Shown: positions 9,415-19,228 of the stretch, piece after piece
Layout of the letters: each line of letters begins with the position of its first letter
Position numbering within the stretch: the first letter of the stretch is position 1
NCBI GenBank assembly: GCA_020348945.1
Contig: CP070759.1
Location: 888,936 to 952,935 of the forward strand
Origin: Candidatus Bathyarchaeota archaeon
GTDB lineage: Archaea > Thermoproteota > Bathyarchaeia > Bathyarchaeales > Bathyarchaeaceae
Direction of reading: 5' to 3'
DNA length: 64,000 nucleotides
Translations under genes and position numbers: made by a program
Notes under the pieces: generated by a model
What the model was told of the DNA's origin: nothing
The model's database searches: none
The model's input: the letters and a program-made list of their open reading frames with translations, nothing else

Positions 9415-10216
9415 GGCTTATCACAGTGCCACACTTGTGTTCTAACGGTGAGGAGATGGGGAACTTCTTCAGCCCAAAGGAAATTATAACCTCGCCGACA
9501 CCTAGGTTGAGGGCCTCAATTGCCGCGTAAAGCTTGGTGGACATTCCTCCGCCGACCTTTGGAAGAATCTTCTCTACCTCTGAAATGTTCAGCTTTGGTA
9601 CTAACTTGTCGCCTAATGTTAAACCTTGAACATCCGTTAAGAGGATGAGCTTGTCTGCATTGAGAGATCCAGCAATGTGAGCTGCCATTCGGTCGGCATC
9701 CACGTTCAAGGGTTCGAATTTCTCGCTTACGGCAACGGGTGCTATAACTGGCACATACCCATTTTCTACAAGAAGCCACAGCAACTTAGCGTTAACTTTG
9801 CATATTTTCCCAGTGTATCCTCCATCAACAACTCTTTTCCTTCCACTCTTATCAACAATTACGATCCTTTTTTTCCGATTTGCCTGCACAAGACGACCAT
9901 CTAAACCAGATAATCCCACGCCAAGTACACCGTGACTCTGGAGGATAGAAACCATCTGCTTGTTAATTTTCCCCGCCATGACCATCGTGAATATTTCAAC
10001 CGTGTCCTTATCGGTGTATCGACTGCGAAATCCTTTGGGTGAGACTACAAATTCTTGTTTTTTCCCTAGTTTGGAGGCGATTTCGGTAACCTCGGCCCCT
10101 CCGCCGTGAACTATGGCAATTCTGTTTTCAGAGAGAAGATTCTTTATGTCGAGAATGAGTTCGGGTGAAGACTTCCACCTTAGGATGTTTCCTCCTACCT
10201 TAGTTACAATTAACAT
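9407..10216 (-). CDS. lysZ: [LysW]-aminoadipate kinase / acetylglutamate kinase family
   Basis: Amino-acid kinase fold motifs VTKVGGN, IAIVHGGG, VPVIAPVAV, LILLTDV. Confidence 0.9.
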   Translation of the reverse strand: MLIVTKVGGNILRWKSSPELILDIKNLLSENRIAIVHGGGAEVTEIASKLGKKQEFVVSPKGFRSRYTDKDTVEIFTMVMAGKINKQMVSILQSHGVLGVGLSGLDGRLVQANRKKRIVIVDKSGRKRVVDGGYTGKICKVNAKLLWLLVENGYVPVIAPVAVSEKFEPLNVDADRMAAHIAGSLNADKLILLTDVQGLTLGDKLVPKLNISEVEKILPKVGGGMSTKLYAAIEALNLGVGEVIISFGLKKFPISSPLEHKCGTVISRE

Positions 10217-10220
10217 TTGA

Positions 10221-11273
10221 TCACACCGGGTGAAAACCTATACTATCTAATCCGGCTCTTTCATCAACACCAAGAACCGCGTTGAAGCATTGGACTCCAT
10301 GACCAGATGCTCCTTTCATCAAGTTGTCGATAGCTGACATTACAACAAGCCTATTGACGTGAGAGTCCAATTCAAAGCCTATGTCACAGAAGTTGGATCC
10401 TATCACGACCTTGGGGTCAGGAAATCGATAGAGCCCCTTCTGATATCTGACGAGGCGTATGAAGGGGTCTCCTTGGTAGCGTGAACGGTAGATTTTCCAA
10501 ACATCTCGGACTGCTAAGGATTTTGTGAGGAAAACGTGAATTGTGGATAGAATCCCTCTAGCCATATTAACCGAGTGGGGAGAAAACGAGATTGTTACTG
10601 GTTTATCCGTTAGAAGGCTGAGTTCCTGCTCTATCTCGGCGATATGTCTGTGGCCAACTGGTTTGTAAGGCCTTACTCCTCCAAACTTTTCTGCATGATG
10701 AGATGCGGGCGAAGGTTTGCTGCCTGCACCTGAAGAGCCAATTTTCGTATCAACAACAACTCTATCTTTTTCTATGACATCAGCCTCCACAAGCGGGGCT
10801 AGCCCAAGGATTGTTGCAGCAGCCATACATCCTGCACACGCTATTAAGCGGGCGTTCTTCATCTCCTGTCGATGAAGCTCAGGCAGACCGTACACAGCTT
10901 CTTTCAGCAGGTCTGGATGAAGGTGTTTCCATCCGTACCAGTTAATGTAGTCATCGGGATTTTTCAAGCGGAAGTCCGCGCTCATGTCAATGACCTTTAA
11001 TCCAGCCTCGAGCAGTTTAGGGACAAGACTCATGGAAGCACCGTGAGGCATAGCCGTAAACACCAAGTCACAGTTCTCTGCGATATGATTGAAATCTAGG
11101 GGAACGAATTTTAGATTGGTGGCTCCTCGAAAGTTTGGGTGAACCAAAAAAACGAATTCGCCTGCGTGCTTGCGTGAAACAACCGTTGTAACTTCTGCGT
11201 GCGAATGGGAAAGTAACAGACGTAGAAGCTCCCCGCCGACGTATCCTGAGCCGCCGATAATTCCCACTCTCAT
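10221..11273 (-). CDS. lysY: [LysW]-aminoadipyl-phosphate / N-acetyl-gamma-glutamyl-phosphate reductase
   Basis: MRVGIIGGSGYVGGELLRLL Rossmann start, active-site block ACAGCMAAATILGLAPL, C-terminal IDNLMKGASG. Confidence 0.92.
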   Translation of the reverse strand: MRVGIIGGSGYVGGELLRLLLSHSHAEVTTVVSRKHAGEFVFLVHPNFRGATNLKFVPLDFNHIAENCDLVFTAMPHGASMSLVPKLLEAGLKVIDMSADFRLKNPDDYINWYGWKHLHPDLLKEAVYGLPELHRQEMKNARLIACAGCMAAATILGLAPLVEADVIEKDRVVVDTKIGSSGAGSKPSPASHHAEKFGGVRPYKPVGHRHIAEIEQELSLLTDKPVTISFSPHSVNMARGILSTIHVFLTKSLAVRDVWKIYRSRYQGDPFIRLVRYQKGLYRFPDPKVVIGSNFCDIGFELDSHVNRLVVMSAIDNLMKGASGHGVQCFNAVLGVDERAGLDSIGFHPV

Positions 11274-11279
11274 TTCATC

Positions 11280-12464
11280 TCACGCTTCCAGTCCTATGAC
11301 GCTCTTGGCACACTTGAGTAGCGTTACTGCCAAGTTGACTTTAGCAACCAGCCTAGTTTGTTCCCAGAATTCGGGGCAGGAGTTTGCTTCATGGAACATT
11401 ATATTTTGCTTCCCTTTTTCCATGCTTTCCTCGATTATCCTCGTAACGTTTCCATATGCCTCTGAGTTCATGTATTCTTGAAAGGCTTTTTCCAGTTTTA
11501 CATTCCAAGTAGAAAAATCTTCTTTTTTAGTTCTGTCTCTTTTAACCTTCTTCACTGCATCAAAAGGTAGCATGAGTTTTTCGAACTCTGATCTAACGTA
11601 GTCGTCATCAACTATCTTATCTTCACCTATATTGAGCATAGCGTCCAACGCTAAAATCCAGACTTTACTGCCTTTTCCAATTGCCTCACCACATTTTATC
11701 GCCATGTCCCGGATGGAGGGTGGCAAGTTGACTCCGAACACCATGTTGCCCAAATAAGTGTTTGTTCTAAAATCTTTAAACCCAGCTCTTGCTAACGCCT
11801 TTGGATAGCAGTATGGTGCCCTCCCATGTTCTTTTGCAATCACTATCCTCAGGTCGTAAAACCACTTTGGAACAAACTCTTGAGCGAGAACACCTGTTGG
11901 GTTCAGTATTGTGGATTTAGTCTTCTGGAGAACCTTTAGAAGTTCATCTTGTGTATTAGCGAGCATAACCTCCTTTCCATGAGTACCAGCGTCCGGTTTA
12001 ACAACGATATCCCTGCCAAGTTCCTGTTGCATCAAATCAGCTATGTCTTCCTCGTTATGGAATTCCCGCCCATTCACCCCGTGTTCGTGAGCGTCGCACG
12101 GAACATAAACAGTTTTGGGCAGCGGTATTCCTGCTTTCCAGAAATGGAGCAGGGTTCTTAATTTGCTGAAGCAAACATATTCAACATAGGAGGAGTTTAT
12201 TACATTTTTACCGAATGCTTCCAGTATATGGACTGCAAAGAGCCTGCGGTTTTTGCTCTGCGTCCTGTTTAACACTACATCAACGTCTTTAACAATTTTA
12301 GAATAGTCTTTTCCCTTGCTTCTAAAACTGTATCCACTTTTATCAGCACGAATAGAAACCTTATGAAATGGTAAATATACCAGATTTATTCCCATTTCTC
12401 TTGCGGTTAATTTTATTCCCAATTCATCGGTTTCAGAACGCTCGTACAAAATTGCTATACTCAT
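11280..12464 (-). CDS. lysX: LysX/ArgX-like ATP-grasp ligase (amino-group carrier protein ligase) with a large insertion
   Basis: The LysX-like N-terminus MSIAILYERSETDELGIKLTAREMGINLVYLP, the ATP-grasp core VVKPDAGTHGKEV and the Mg-binding block MFHEANSCPEF are present. About 90 aa are inserted before the last block. Sits between lysW and lysY. Start is ATG 12464 or 12479. Confidence 0.75.
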   Translation of the reverse strand: MSIAILYERSETDELGIKLTAREMGINLVYLPFHKVSIRADKSGYSFRSKGKDYSKIVKDVDVVLNRTQSKNRRLFAVHILEAFGKNVINSSYVEYVCFSKLRTLLHFWKAGIPLPKTVYVPCDAHEHGVNGREFHNEEDIADLMQQELGRDIVVKPDAGTHGKEVMLANTQDELLKVLQKTKSTILNPTGVLAQEFVPKWFYDLRIVIAKEHGRAPYCYPKALARAGFKDFRTNTYLGNMVFGVNLPPSIRDMAIKCGEAIGKGSKVWILALDAMLNIGEDKIVDDDYVRSEFEKLMLPFDAVKKVKRDRTKKEDFSTWNVKLEKAFQEYMNSEAYGNVTRIIEESMEKGKQNIMFHEANSCPEFWEQTRLVAKVNLAVTLLKCAKSVIGLEA

Positions 12465-12574
12465 CTTCTTCTCTCGCATCTATTGTTTGACGCTGTCTCA
12501 GAATTCCAAGAATCTTTTCGTATTAAAGCCTTGGCATTTCGAATCTTTGAGAGGTGTCTAAGAGAAATATCTAG

Positions 12575-12751
12575 CTATTCTCCCCAATCTTCCCCCTCAA
12601 TTTTCAATTCTTTGAGTTTTACGCAATCTCCGTTGATTTCCCTAACTTCTAGTTCAAGTCCACAACTGGGGCAACTCATAATTTCTCCTAGTATGATGCC
12701 TTTATGGATTTCAAGCTCCGCGTCGCAGTCGGGGCACCGTACAGTTTCCAT
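12575..12751 (-). CDS. lysW: amino-group carrier protein LysW
   Basis: METVRCPDCDAELEI...CPSCGLELEV zinc ribbon and the diagnostic acidic C-terminus EGEDWGE. ATG 12751 is preceded by GGTGA. Confidence 0.9.
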   Translation of the reverse strand: METVRCPDCDAELEIHKGIILGEIMSCPSCGLELEVREINGDCVKLKELKIEGEDWGE

Positions 12752-12856
12752 TTCTTCACCTCTTGGTTGATTGAATCGACTACTCATAAACCTAAGCCAT
12801 TTATAAAAATTTCGGAATTGAATTATTTTATTTTACTACTTCTTTAAATTTTTTAC

Positions 12857-12892
12857 GAAATTCGTACTAAAATTCGCGTAGTGGAAAATTCG
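12857..12892. promoter_or_regulatory. three direct AAAATTCG repeats in the lysW / lrp divergent intergenic region (candidate regulator binding sites)
   Basis: GAAATTCG 12857-12864, AAAATTCG 12869-12876, AAAATTCG 12885-12892. A TATA-like TTTTTATAAA (minus-strand sense, about 12803-12812) lies upstream of lysW. Confidence 0.35.
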
Positions 12893-12986
12893 CAACATTC
12901 TGACGAAACTCGTTCCAAAATTTCCTTTAGCTTTCAGAAATCGTTAAATTATTCCGATACTAAACCATGTGACAGGGGGTGAGAAG

Positions 12987-13397
12987 ATGGATGAAATTAA
13001 TAAGAAAATAGTTGAAATCCTGAAGAAAAATGGGCGGGCTACCTATAGTAACATTGGAAAAATGGTTGGTTTATCTGAGGGGGCTGTTCGGAAAAGAATT
13101 AAGGCGCTCGTTGATTCAGGTGTAATAAGGCAGTTCACCATCAAAATTGGGCTCACAGAGGGTGCAGAGGCCATGGTTCAGATTTCCATAGATCCTTCCT
13201 TTGCAACATCCAAGATATCAATGATGCTGAAAAAAATTTCGAATGTTGAAACTGTCCATGAGATTACAGGTCAACACGATATCGCCGTTATGGTCTCTGC
13301 CATGAACATCGCGGAGCTTGACGAGTGTGTTGAAAAAATTCGTCGGATAGAGGGAGTCGCAAACACAAACACGATATTCATCTTGCGTAGCTGGTAG
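12987..13397 (+). CDS. Lrp/AsnC-family transcriptional regulator (LysM-like by position)
   Basis: MDEINKKIVEILKKNGRATYSNIGKMVGLSEGAVRKRIKALVDSGVI HTH plus a C-terminal RAM domain. Divergent from lysW, as for Sulfolobus LysM. Confidence 0.85.
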   Translation: MDEINKKIVEILKKNGRATYSNIGKMVGLSEGAVRKRIKALVDSGVIRQFTIKIGLTEGAEAMVQISIDPSFATSKISMMLKKISNVETVHEITGQHDIAVMVSAMNIAELDECVEKIRRIEGVANTNTIFILRSW

Positions 13398-13622
13398 TGG
13401 ATTGCCTTGTCTATCGCACATTTCAACTCCGTACAGATTGGACAATACTGATGAATTGGAGATTACTCTTCTGTTCATCTAACAACAGTTTTAAAGTACG
13501 AATTTAGGAATGCTGTTAGTTTTATCGTATTTAAAAGCTTGTTTTTTGCAAAAAAGATAAATATGTGTACGTTTTCCTATTCATACTCGTCTATGCTTAA
13601 TGAAGGTCAAGAAAAGAGGTTA

Positions 13623-14897
13623 ATGAAATTGAAAAATGGATACCTAGATGAACATGGAAGAAACATTCTGACAAGCTTAAGCAAAGAAGGGGTATTTCCA
13701 AGCCCATACAATTTTGTTGCTTATAACTGTCCTCCAACTGACGGATACGTTATACATGACAGCACTTTGAGAGAGGGAGAACAAACACCAGGTGTCATAT
13801 TCACTATAGGGGACAAGAAAAAGATTGCAGAAAAGTTAGACGCAGTGGGAATACAGCAAATAGAAACAGGATTTCCAGTTGCCTCAGAAAAACAGAGAAA
13901 AGGAGTCAAAGCTCTGGTAAACATGGATCTAGATACCGAAATATTCTGCTTTGCTAGAGCCAAACACGAAGATATAGACGCCGTTGCGGAAACGGGTGCT
14001 GACGGAATTATAATATCTTTCTCAATTTCTGAGCATCATAGGAGACACAAGTTCCACGGAATGACTAAAGAAGAGTACCTGAACAGACTAGATGACACGA
14101 TCAGTTACGCAGAGAAATATGGACTGTTTATTGTATATACTGCAGAAGATTCCACTCGGGAAAACGACTTAGACTTCTTGAAAAAAGCCTTTAAAAAAGC
14201 TGAGGAAGCTGGAGCAAACAGAGCTAGAATCGCTGATACTTTAGGATGTATAAACCCAAGTGGAATAGCGTATCTTGTAAGAGAAACAAAAAGTGTTCTA
14301 GACATTCCCCTAGAAGTGCATTGTCACAACGATATGGGACTGGCTTTAGCGAACTCACTTGCAGCTGTTGAGGCTGGAGCGTCAACAATATCAGCTACTG
14401 TAAACGGTCTCGGAGAAAGGTCCGGGGTTACACCCACAGAAGAAGTCATTGCTGCATTACACGTGATATTTGGGATAAAAACATTTGACATGAGCCAGTT
14501 AACCGAATTGTCAAGATTCGTTGAAAGCATTACTGGAGTAAGGACGGCTCCTAATAAACCAGTAACTGGTGAAAACGCGTGCACACATTGTTCGGGAATC
14601 CATCAACACGGAATTCTTATGAATCCCACAACTTATGAAGTCTATCCTCCTGAACTTGTGGGGCAAAAGAGAAGAGTGTACATAGATGAACTTTGCGGAA
14701 GCCACGGTATTTTATACGTTGCAGAAAAGAAGCTTGGAATGAACATCTCTAGAGACACAGCGCGAAAAGTCATTTCAAAGATAAAAAGGGCCTATTTGGA
14801 AGAGGATAGGCAGAGTGCTTATACACTAACTGAGCTTGAAAAGTTGATTCTTGAGGCTCAGAGCGCGGAGGCTGGTGGAACTGCAGCCGTTCCCTAA
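13623..14897 (+). CDS. homocitrate synthase / 2-isopropylmalate synthase family (DRE-TIM)
   Basis: HDSTLREGEQTPGV, IADTLGC, EVHCHNDMGLALANSLAAVEAGA. Context next to the lys cluster favours homocitrate synthase. Start ATG 13623 (AGAGG upstream) or 13593. Confidence 0.85.
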   Translation: MKLKNGYLDEHGRNILTSLSKEGVFPSPYNFVAYNCPPTDGYVIHDSTLREGEQTPGVIFTIGDKKKIAEKLDAVGIQQIETGFPVASEKQRKGVKALVNMDLDTEIFCFARAKHEDIDAVAETGADGIIISFSISEHHRRHKFHGMTKEEYLNRLDDTISYAEKYGLFIVYTAEDSTRENDLDFLKKAFKKAEEAGANRARIADTLGCINPSGIAYLVRETKSVLDIPLEVHCHNDMGLALANSLAAVEAGASTISATVNGLGERSGVTPTEEVIAALHVIFGIKTFDMSQLTELSRFVESITGVRTAPNKPVTGENACTHCSGIHQHGILMNPTTYEVYPPELVGQKRRVYIDELCGSHGILYVAEKKLGMNISRDTARKVISKIKRAYLEEDRQSAYTLTELEKLILEAQSAEAGGTAAVP

Positions 14898-14938
14898 AAC
14901 ATAAAATTACCAAAGTTCTTCTCTTTGAAGTGAAGAAC

Positions 14939-15937
14939 ATGTATAAAATAGCTGTGATTCCCGGAGATGGGATTGGCAAAATAGTTACTCCTGAGACAAT
15001 TCGAGTTCTAGAGAGCATAGATCTGAAATTCGAGTTTCAGCATATGGAAGTCGGATACGAAGTGTTCAAGAAAGTTGGCACCTCGGTTCCTGAAGATGTT
15101 ATTTCAAGCTTAAGGAACACTCAAGCCTGTTTGTTTGGGGCTACCACAACGCCGGTTGATGTGCCAAACTACAGAAGCGCAGTTGTAACTTTGAGGAAAG
15201 CGTTAGACCTGTACGCTAACGTGAGACCCGCTAGAAGCTATCCGATTCGAGGTCAAGTGAAAGATGTTGACCTTGTGATTGTTCGGGAGAACACAGAGGG
15301 GTTGTACAGCGGAATAGAGTTTGCCACAAAAGATTCAGCTTTTGCCATGAGGGTGATCACCAGAAGAGCGTGTGAAAGGGTTGCTAGGTTTGCATTTGAC
15401 CTAGCGATGAGAAGACGTAGAAAACTCATAGTGGTCACAAAAGCAAACATCATGCGAAAAACATGCGGTCTGTTTCGAGAAGTTACACTTTTCGTTGCCG
15501 AAAACTATCCCGAGGTTGAGGTGGACGAGATGTTTGTTGACGCCGCCGCCATGAATCTTGTTTTGAAACCGCAAGTGTTTGACGTGATACTTACGTCTAA
15601 TTTGTTTGGAGACATACTTTCCGACGAAGCAGCTGGCTTGGTCGGAGGACTGGGGTTGGCGCCAAGCGCTAACATAGGAGACGATTATGGACTATTTGAG
15701 CCAGTTCACGGTTCAGCTCCTGATATCGCAGGGAAGGGAATTGCAAACCCGATTGCAGCTATACTGTCTGCCAAAATGCTGTTAGATTTCTTAGGTGAAG
15801 TTACGTGGGCGGAGCGTGTTGAAAACGCGGTTTCAGCTGTCTTGAAAAAGAGGAAGTATCTGACACCTGATCTTGGAGGTAGCTCAACCACCCGTGAGGT
15901 CACTGAGGCAATAATAAGTGCTTTAGAAAAAATCTAA
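14939..15937 (+). CDS. homoisocitrate / 3-isopropylmalate dehydrogenase family
   Basis: [51 protein letters not shown]. Confidence 0.9.
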   Translation: MYKIAVIPGDGIGKIVTPETIRVLESIDLKFEFQHMEVGYEVFKKVGTSVPEDVISSLRNTQACLFGATTTPVDVPNYRSAVVTLRKALDLYANVRPARSYPIRGQVKDVDLVIVRENTEGLYSGIEFATKDSAFAMRVITRRACERVARFAFDLAMRRRRKLIVVTKANIMRKTCGLFREVTLFVAENYPEVEVDEMFVDAAAMNLVLKPQVFDVILTSNLFGDILSDEAAGLVGGLGLAPSANIGDDYGLFEPVHGSAPDIAGKGIANPIAAILSAKMLLDFLGEVTWAERVENAVSAVLKKRKYLTPDLGGSSTTREVTEAIISALEKI

Positions 15938-15950
15938 GATACAATAAATG

Positions 15951-17645
15951 CTAAAACGGCAGGTATCTGTCTTTTGCTCTGAACTGCTTCTCGTATATCT
16001 CTTTAATTCTCTGAATGGTGTCAGCTTCCCTCGGACTCTTGTCGTTTCGTATCCGCGTTATTCTGGCGAAGCGCAACGCCATCCCACACTCGTACTTTGG
16101 GCTCTCTTGAATCTCGTTGTACGCCACTTCAACCACAATTTGAGGAACCACAACAACCACTCCTCGCTCTTCTCTGACCGCCAAGTCCCTGAGTTGCTTG
16201 GTCATCCAGATGATCTCTTTGTCGGTGAGTCCCTTGAAAGTTTTCCCCACCATCAAAAACCTTCCAGTGTCGGGTTCTTGAGCCGCTAGGTGATAGTCGG
16301 AGAGCCAGCCATGTCTCCTCCCGTAACCGTATTCCGCTGCGACGATGACTAGGTCAAGAGGCTCCAGCGACATTTTAATCTTGAACCAACGCTTTCCACG
16401 GACTCCGGGAGTGTAGAGGCTGTCCAGTTTTTTGGCTACCAGTCCCTCATGTCCTCTATTCATGGCTTTTTTCAGGAACTTTTCCGCTTCTTTAGGGCTG
16501 TTGGTGATTATCTGCTTTGTTAAGGGTATGCTTCCCGCTCTTTCTCTCAGTTTTTCTCTTCTCTCCACGTAAGGAGTGGTAGTCAAGCTTTGACCATTCA
16601 GATATATGAGATCGAATAGGTAGAGTTCAACGGGAATTTGTTTAACCATGACTTCTATGTCGTGGACTCTTCGAAACCTTCTCATCAAGTGTTGGAAAGG
16701 CAGAGGGTTACCGTCCTCTCCTACGGCTATGACTTCACCCTCCAAAACGGCTTTCCGCGCCACTACTTCGTTTCGAACTAGCTGAACAACTTCAGGTAGG
16801 CTTTTAGTCACATCAGTCAGTCTACGACTGAAAAATCTGATGATGTCACCCGATTTGTGTATTTGAATGCGAGCGCCGTCCAACTTGTACTCGAAGGCGG
16901 TCTCACCTCCATGTTCTCTAAGAGCTTCGTTCACATTCTGGGCTGTTTGAGCCAGCATTGGTTTAACGGGTCTGAAAAACCGAAATCGAATCTTCAGGAC
17001 GCCTTCTTTGCCTTGCACTTTGGCTGTTTTAGCGACTTCCCCGATGTCTCCGGTTAGCATGCTCGCCGTTTGAACAGCGTTGTGAGGAACATCGAAGGCC
17101 TTGGAGACCGCGAGCTCCATAAGTCCCTCGTGAAAACCTGTTCTCATCTCGCCAACCAAGACTTTTACGATGTACTTGACTTCTAAGGGCGTAGCTGTTC
17201 CTAACAGTGTTTTAAGTAGACGCTCCTTTCGCTCCCTTGAGCCAGAACCAGTAGCTTCTGCTATGGCTTCTAGACTGCGCCTCACCTCAAGGATTGTCAA
17301 AGGCTTCTCCAGTAGCGTGGCCTGTTTCTGGATCTTAGTTGTTTCAAACACGACTTTGGCAGTTGATCCTATGTCACCTGTTTTGCTGAAGGCTTCCGAG
17401 AAGCTTTTCCATTCTATGTTAGTTAAACGTTTAATCACTCCGCTCAATGTGGCCCAGCTTACCTCTAGCGTTCTTTGATTCCACTTCGGAAACGCCCGGC
17501 CGAGCATCATGGAAGTTGCAGGTTCCACTTCGTCCACGCGTAGTTTCTTAAGAAAGTTCGCTACCAGATCAACCATGAGGGTACGTTTGGAAGTGCCCTC
17601 TAACTTCTCGCAGAGTTCAGTTAAGGCTTGAAACTTAGTTTGCAT
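15951..17645 (-). CDS. lig: ATP-dependent DNA ligase
   Basis: Adenylation motif I EYKLDGARIQIH. Also EGEVIA, LYLFDLIYLNG, EGLVAKK, WFKIK. 564 aa, typical archaeal Lig size. Confidence 0.95.
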   Translation of the reverse strand: MQTKFQALTELCEKLEGTSKRTLMVDLVANFLKKLRVDEVEPATSMMLGRAFPKWNQRTLEVSWATLSGVIKRLTNIEWKSFSEAFSKTGDIGSTAKVVFETTKIQKQATLLEKPLTILEVRRSLEAIAEATGSGSRERKERLLKTLLGTATPLEVKYIVKVLVGEMRTGFHEGLMELAVSKAFDVPHNAVQTASMLTGDIGEVAKTAKVQGKEGVLKIRFRFFRPVKPMLAQTAQNVNEALREHGGETAFEYKLDGARIQIHKSGDIIRFFSRRLTDVTKSLPEVVQLVRNEVVARKAVLEGEVIAVGEDGNPLPFQHLMRRFRRVHDIEVMVKQIPVELYLFDLIYLNGQSLTTTPYVERREKLRERAGSIPLTKQIITNSPKEAEKFLKKAMNRGHEGLVAKKLDSLYTPGVRGKRWFKIKMSLEPLDLVIVAAEYGYGRRHGWLSDYHLAAQEPDTGRFLMVGKTFKGLTDKEIIWMTKQLRDLAVREERGVVVVVPQIVVEVAYNEIQESPKYECGMALRFARITRIRNDKSPREADTIQRIKEIYEKQFRAKDRYLPF

Positions 17646-17748
17646 AAGTTTTACCTTTACGATTAACTGTTGCTCTGCAGAATTTAGCCTTTCGATACAA
17701 CATAAACGTTTTCGCAGCGTAACCCTTACGCAAAAACATCTGGGTTTG

Positions 17749-18129
17749 TCACGAAGTAGAAAGTTTTTCTTTTACTTCCTTTATCTTCTTCTCCAACTCT
17801 GCAACCTTGCCTTTTTCTCCCGTTGCCTTGTAGCAGTCAACCGCATACTCAAGCGCGCTTACCCCGAATCGATCATAACCTTTTTCGAAGGCAATGTCAG
17901 CTGCCTTAAGAAACTGCTCAATCGCGGCGCTATACTCTTTTATTAAGTAGTTGCACTCAGCTGCCTTGAACAACGTGTAGGACGCATCGAAATTGTTGCC
18001 AACTTTCTCGTACAGCTCAGAAGCCCTGAGAAACTTATCAACAGCCTCCTCAGGCTTCCCAACATCACAAAGAGTTGTTCCTTCCTTGTGAAGCTTTATC
18101 GGATCCTCCTTAACCTTTTCATCATCCAT
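17749..18129 (-). CDS. small TPR/SNAP-like helical repeat protein
   Basis: Repeated A-x3-Y/F-x2-A helical hairpin pattern (AVDKFLRASELYEKVGN, YTLFKAAECNYLIKEY, AIEQFLKAADIAFEKGY). Confidence 0.5.
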   Translation of the reverse strand: MDDEKVKEDPIKLHKEGTTLCDVGKPEEAVDKFLRASELYEKVGNNFDASYTLFKAAECNYLIKEYSAAIEQFLKAADIAFEKGYDRFGVSALEYAVDCYKATGEKGKVAELEKKIKEVKEKLSTS

Positions 18130-18290
18130 GTTCCTTTCACCTGCAATGGAATGGCTTTACTTATCAGTTGCCATCCACGCTTTTAGACTTTCCGTCTTTC
18201 CACAAGCCAACATGGTTAAAAGGAAAAGGGCTAGGTTTTATATTCTAAATGACAGCTGCTTTTGAGGGAGATGATGTGACCTCAACCGAG

Positions 18291-18761
18291 ATGTTTCCAG
18301 CAAAGGGAACCTACACGTTAATTGTGTTTTTGCGGAAGGAAGCACAGTTGAAGGTGAGGAAGTTGGGCACCCAGAGGTTCTCAGCAGGATATTACACTTA
18401 CACTGGATCAGCGTTAGGTACAGGCGCCTCAAGCTTGAAACAACGAGTTATGCGGCACCTGCAGAAACGGAAACGGAAGTTCTGGCACATAGATTTTCTC
18501 TTGGCTCATGAAAACGCAGCCGTATCCGCTGTGATAGCTGCCCAAACCGATGGAAAAGCAGAATGCAACATGAACCTTTCCCTAAAGAAGAAGTTAGAAG
18601 CAAAAATTCTTGTTGCGGGTTTTGGCGCCTCTGACTGCAAGCAAAACTGTGAAAGCCACCTCCTCTTCTTCCCTGAGATAACAAAAGAAGATATCTTGGT
18701 CAACAAAGTTGTGAAATGCTACCGGACGCTCGACGACATACATGTATTGCGTGTGCGTTGA
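18291..18761 (+). CDS. DUF123 / GIY-YIG-like (Uri superfamily) protein
   Basis: GTYTLIVFL...GYYTYTGSALG...LKQRVMRHL...WHIDFLL matches the archaeal DUF123 pattern as I recall it. Confidence 0.7.
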   Translation: MFPAKGTYTLIVFLRKEAQLKVRKLGTQRFSAGYYTYTGSALGTGASSLKQRVMRHLQKRKRKFWHIDFLLAHENAAVSAVIAAQTDGKAECNMNLSLKKKLEAKILVAGFGASDCKQNCESHLLFFPEITKEDILVNKVVKCYRTLDDIHVLRVR

Positions 18762-18859
18762 TGGTGTGCAACTAAGCCAAGTCCTCGACGTTGAGAAGGG
18801 CTTGATTTTACTTCAAATACTGGGTGAGCACAAATGGAATAAAGAGGAAAGGTTAAAGC

Positions 18860-19039
18860 TTAGTCGAAGTCGAAGATTGTTCGTCCTTTTGAGAAACTCA
18901 AGATAAAACGGCAGTTCTTACAGATCATCAAAATGATCTTATGAGCAGTGACGCCCCATTTACTGTCTATTTTTCCTTCCTGTTTCTCAAACTCTGTGTT
19001 TTGACACAAAGGACAGACCAGTTCTTTCTTGTTTGACAA
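18860..19039 (-). CDS. small zinc-ribbon protein (59 aa, below ORF-track cutoff)
   Basis: Own translation: (L/M)SNKKELVCPLCQNTEFEKQEGKIDSKWGVTAHKIILMICKNCRFILSFSKGRTIFDFD*. Two CxxC pairs. The only in-frame start seen is TTG. Confidence 0.4.
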   Translation of the reverse strand: MSNKKELVCPLCQNTEFEKQEGKIDSKWGVTAHKIILMICKNCRFILSFSKGRTIFDFD

Positions 19040-19228
19040 AAATAATCTCCCATTTCTCTAAACGTTTACTAACTGTATAAAAGTTGTGTGGTTAAGCTAT
19101 AGTGAATGCACACGCAATGGTGGTCGTTAAGCAACGTTTAATAGCTATAGTGTGTTACTAAGGAAATTACGTGTCATGAGTAAATGTGATTGTTGTTTTG
19201 AAATCAACCGTCACATGTTTAGGGTGAT

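Noticed and set aside
15948-17478. Plus-strand ORFs antisense to the DNA ligase gene (15948-16289, 16857-17057, 17170-17478), and similar antisense ORFs throughout the track
   Set aside because: They are embedded in strongly supported genes on the opposite strand, without motifs or RBS. This is typical of shadow ORFs.
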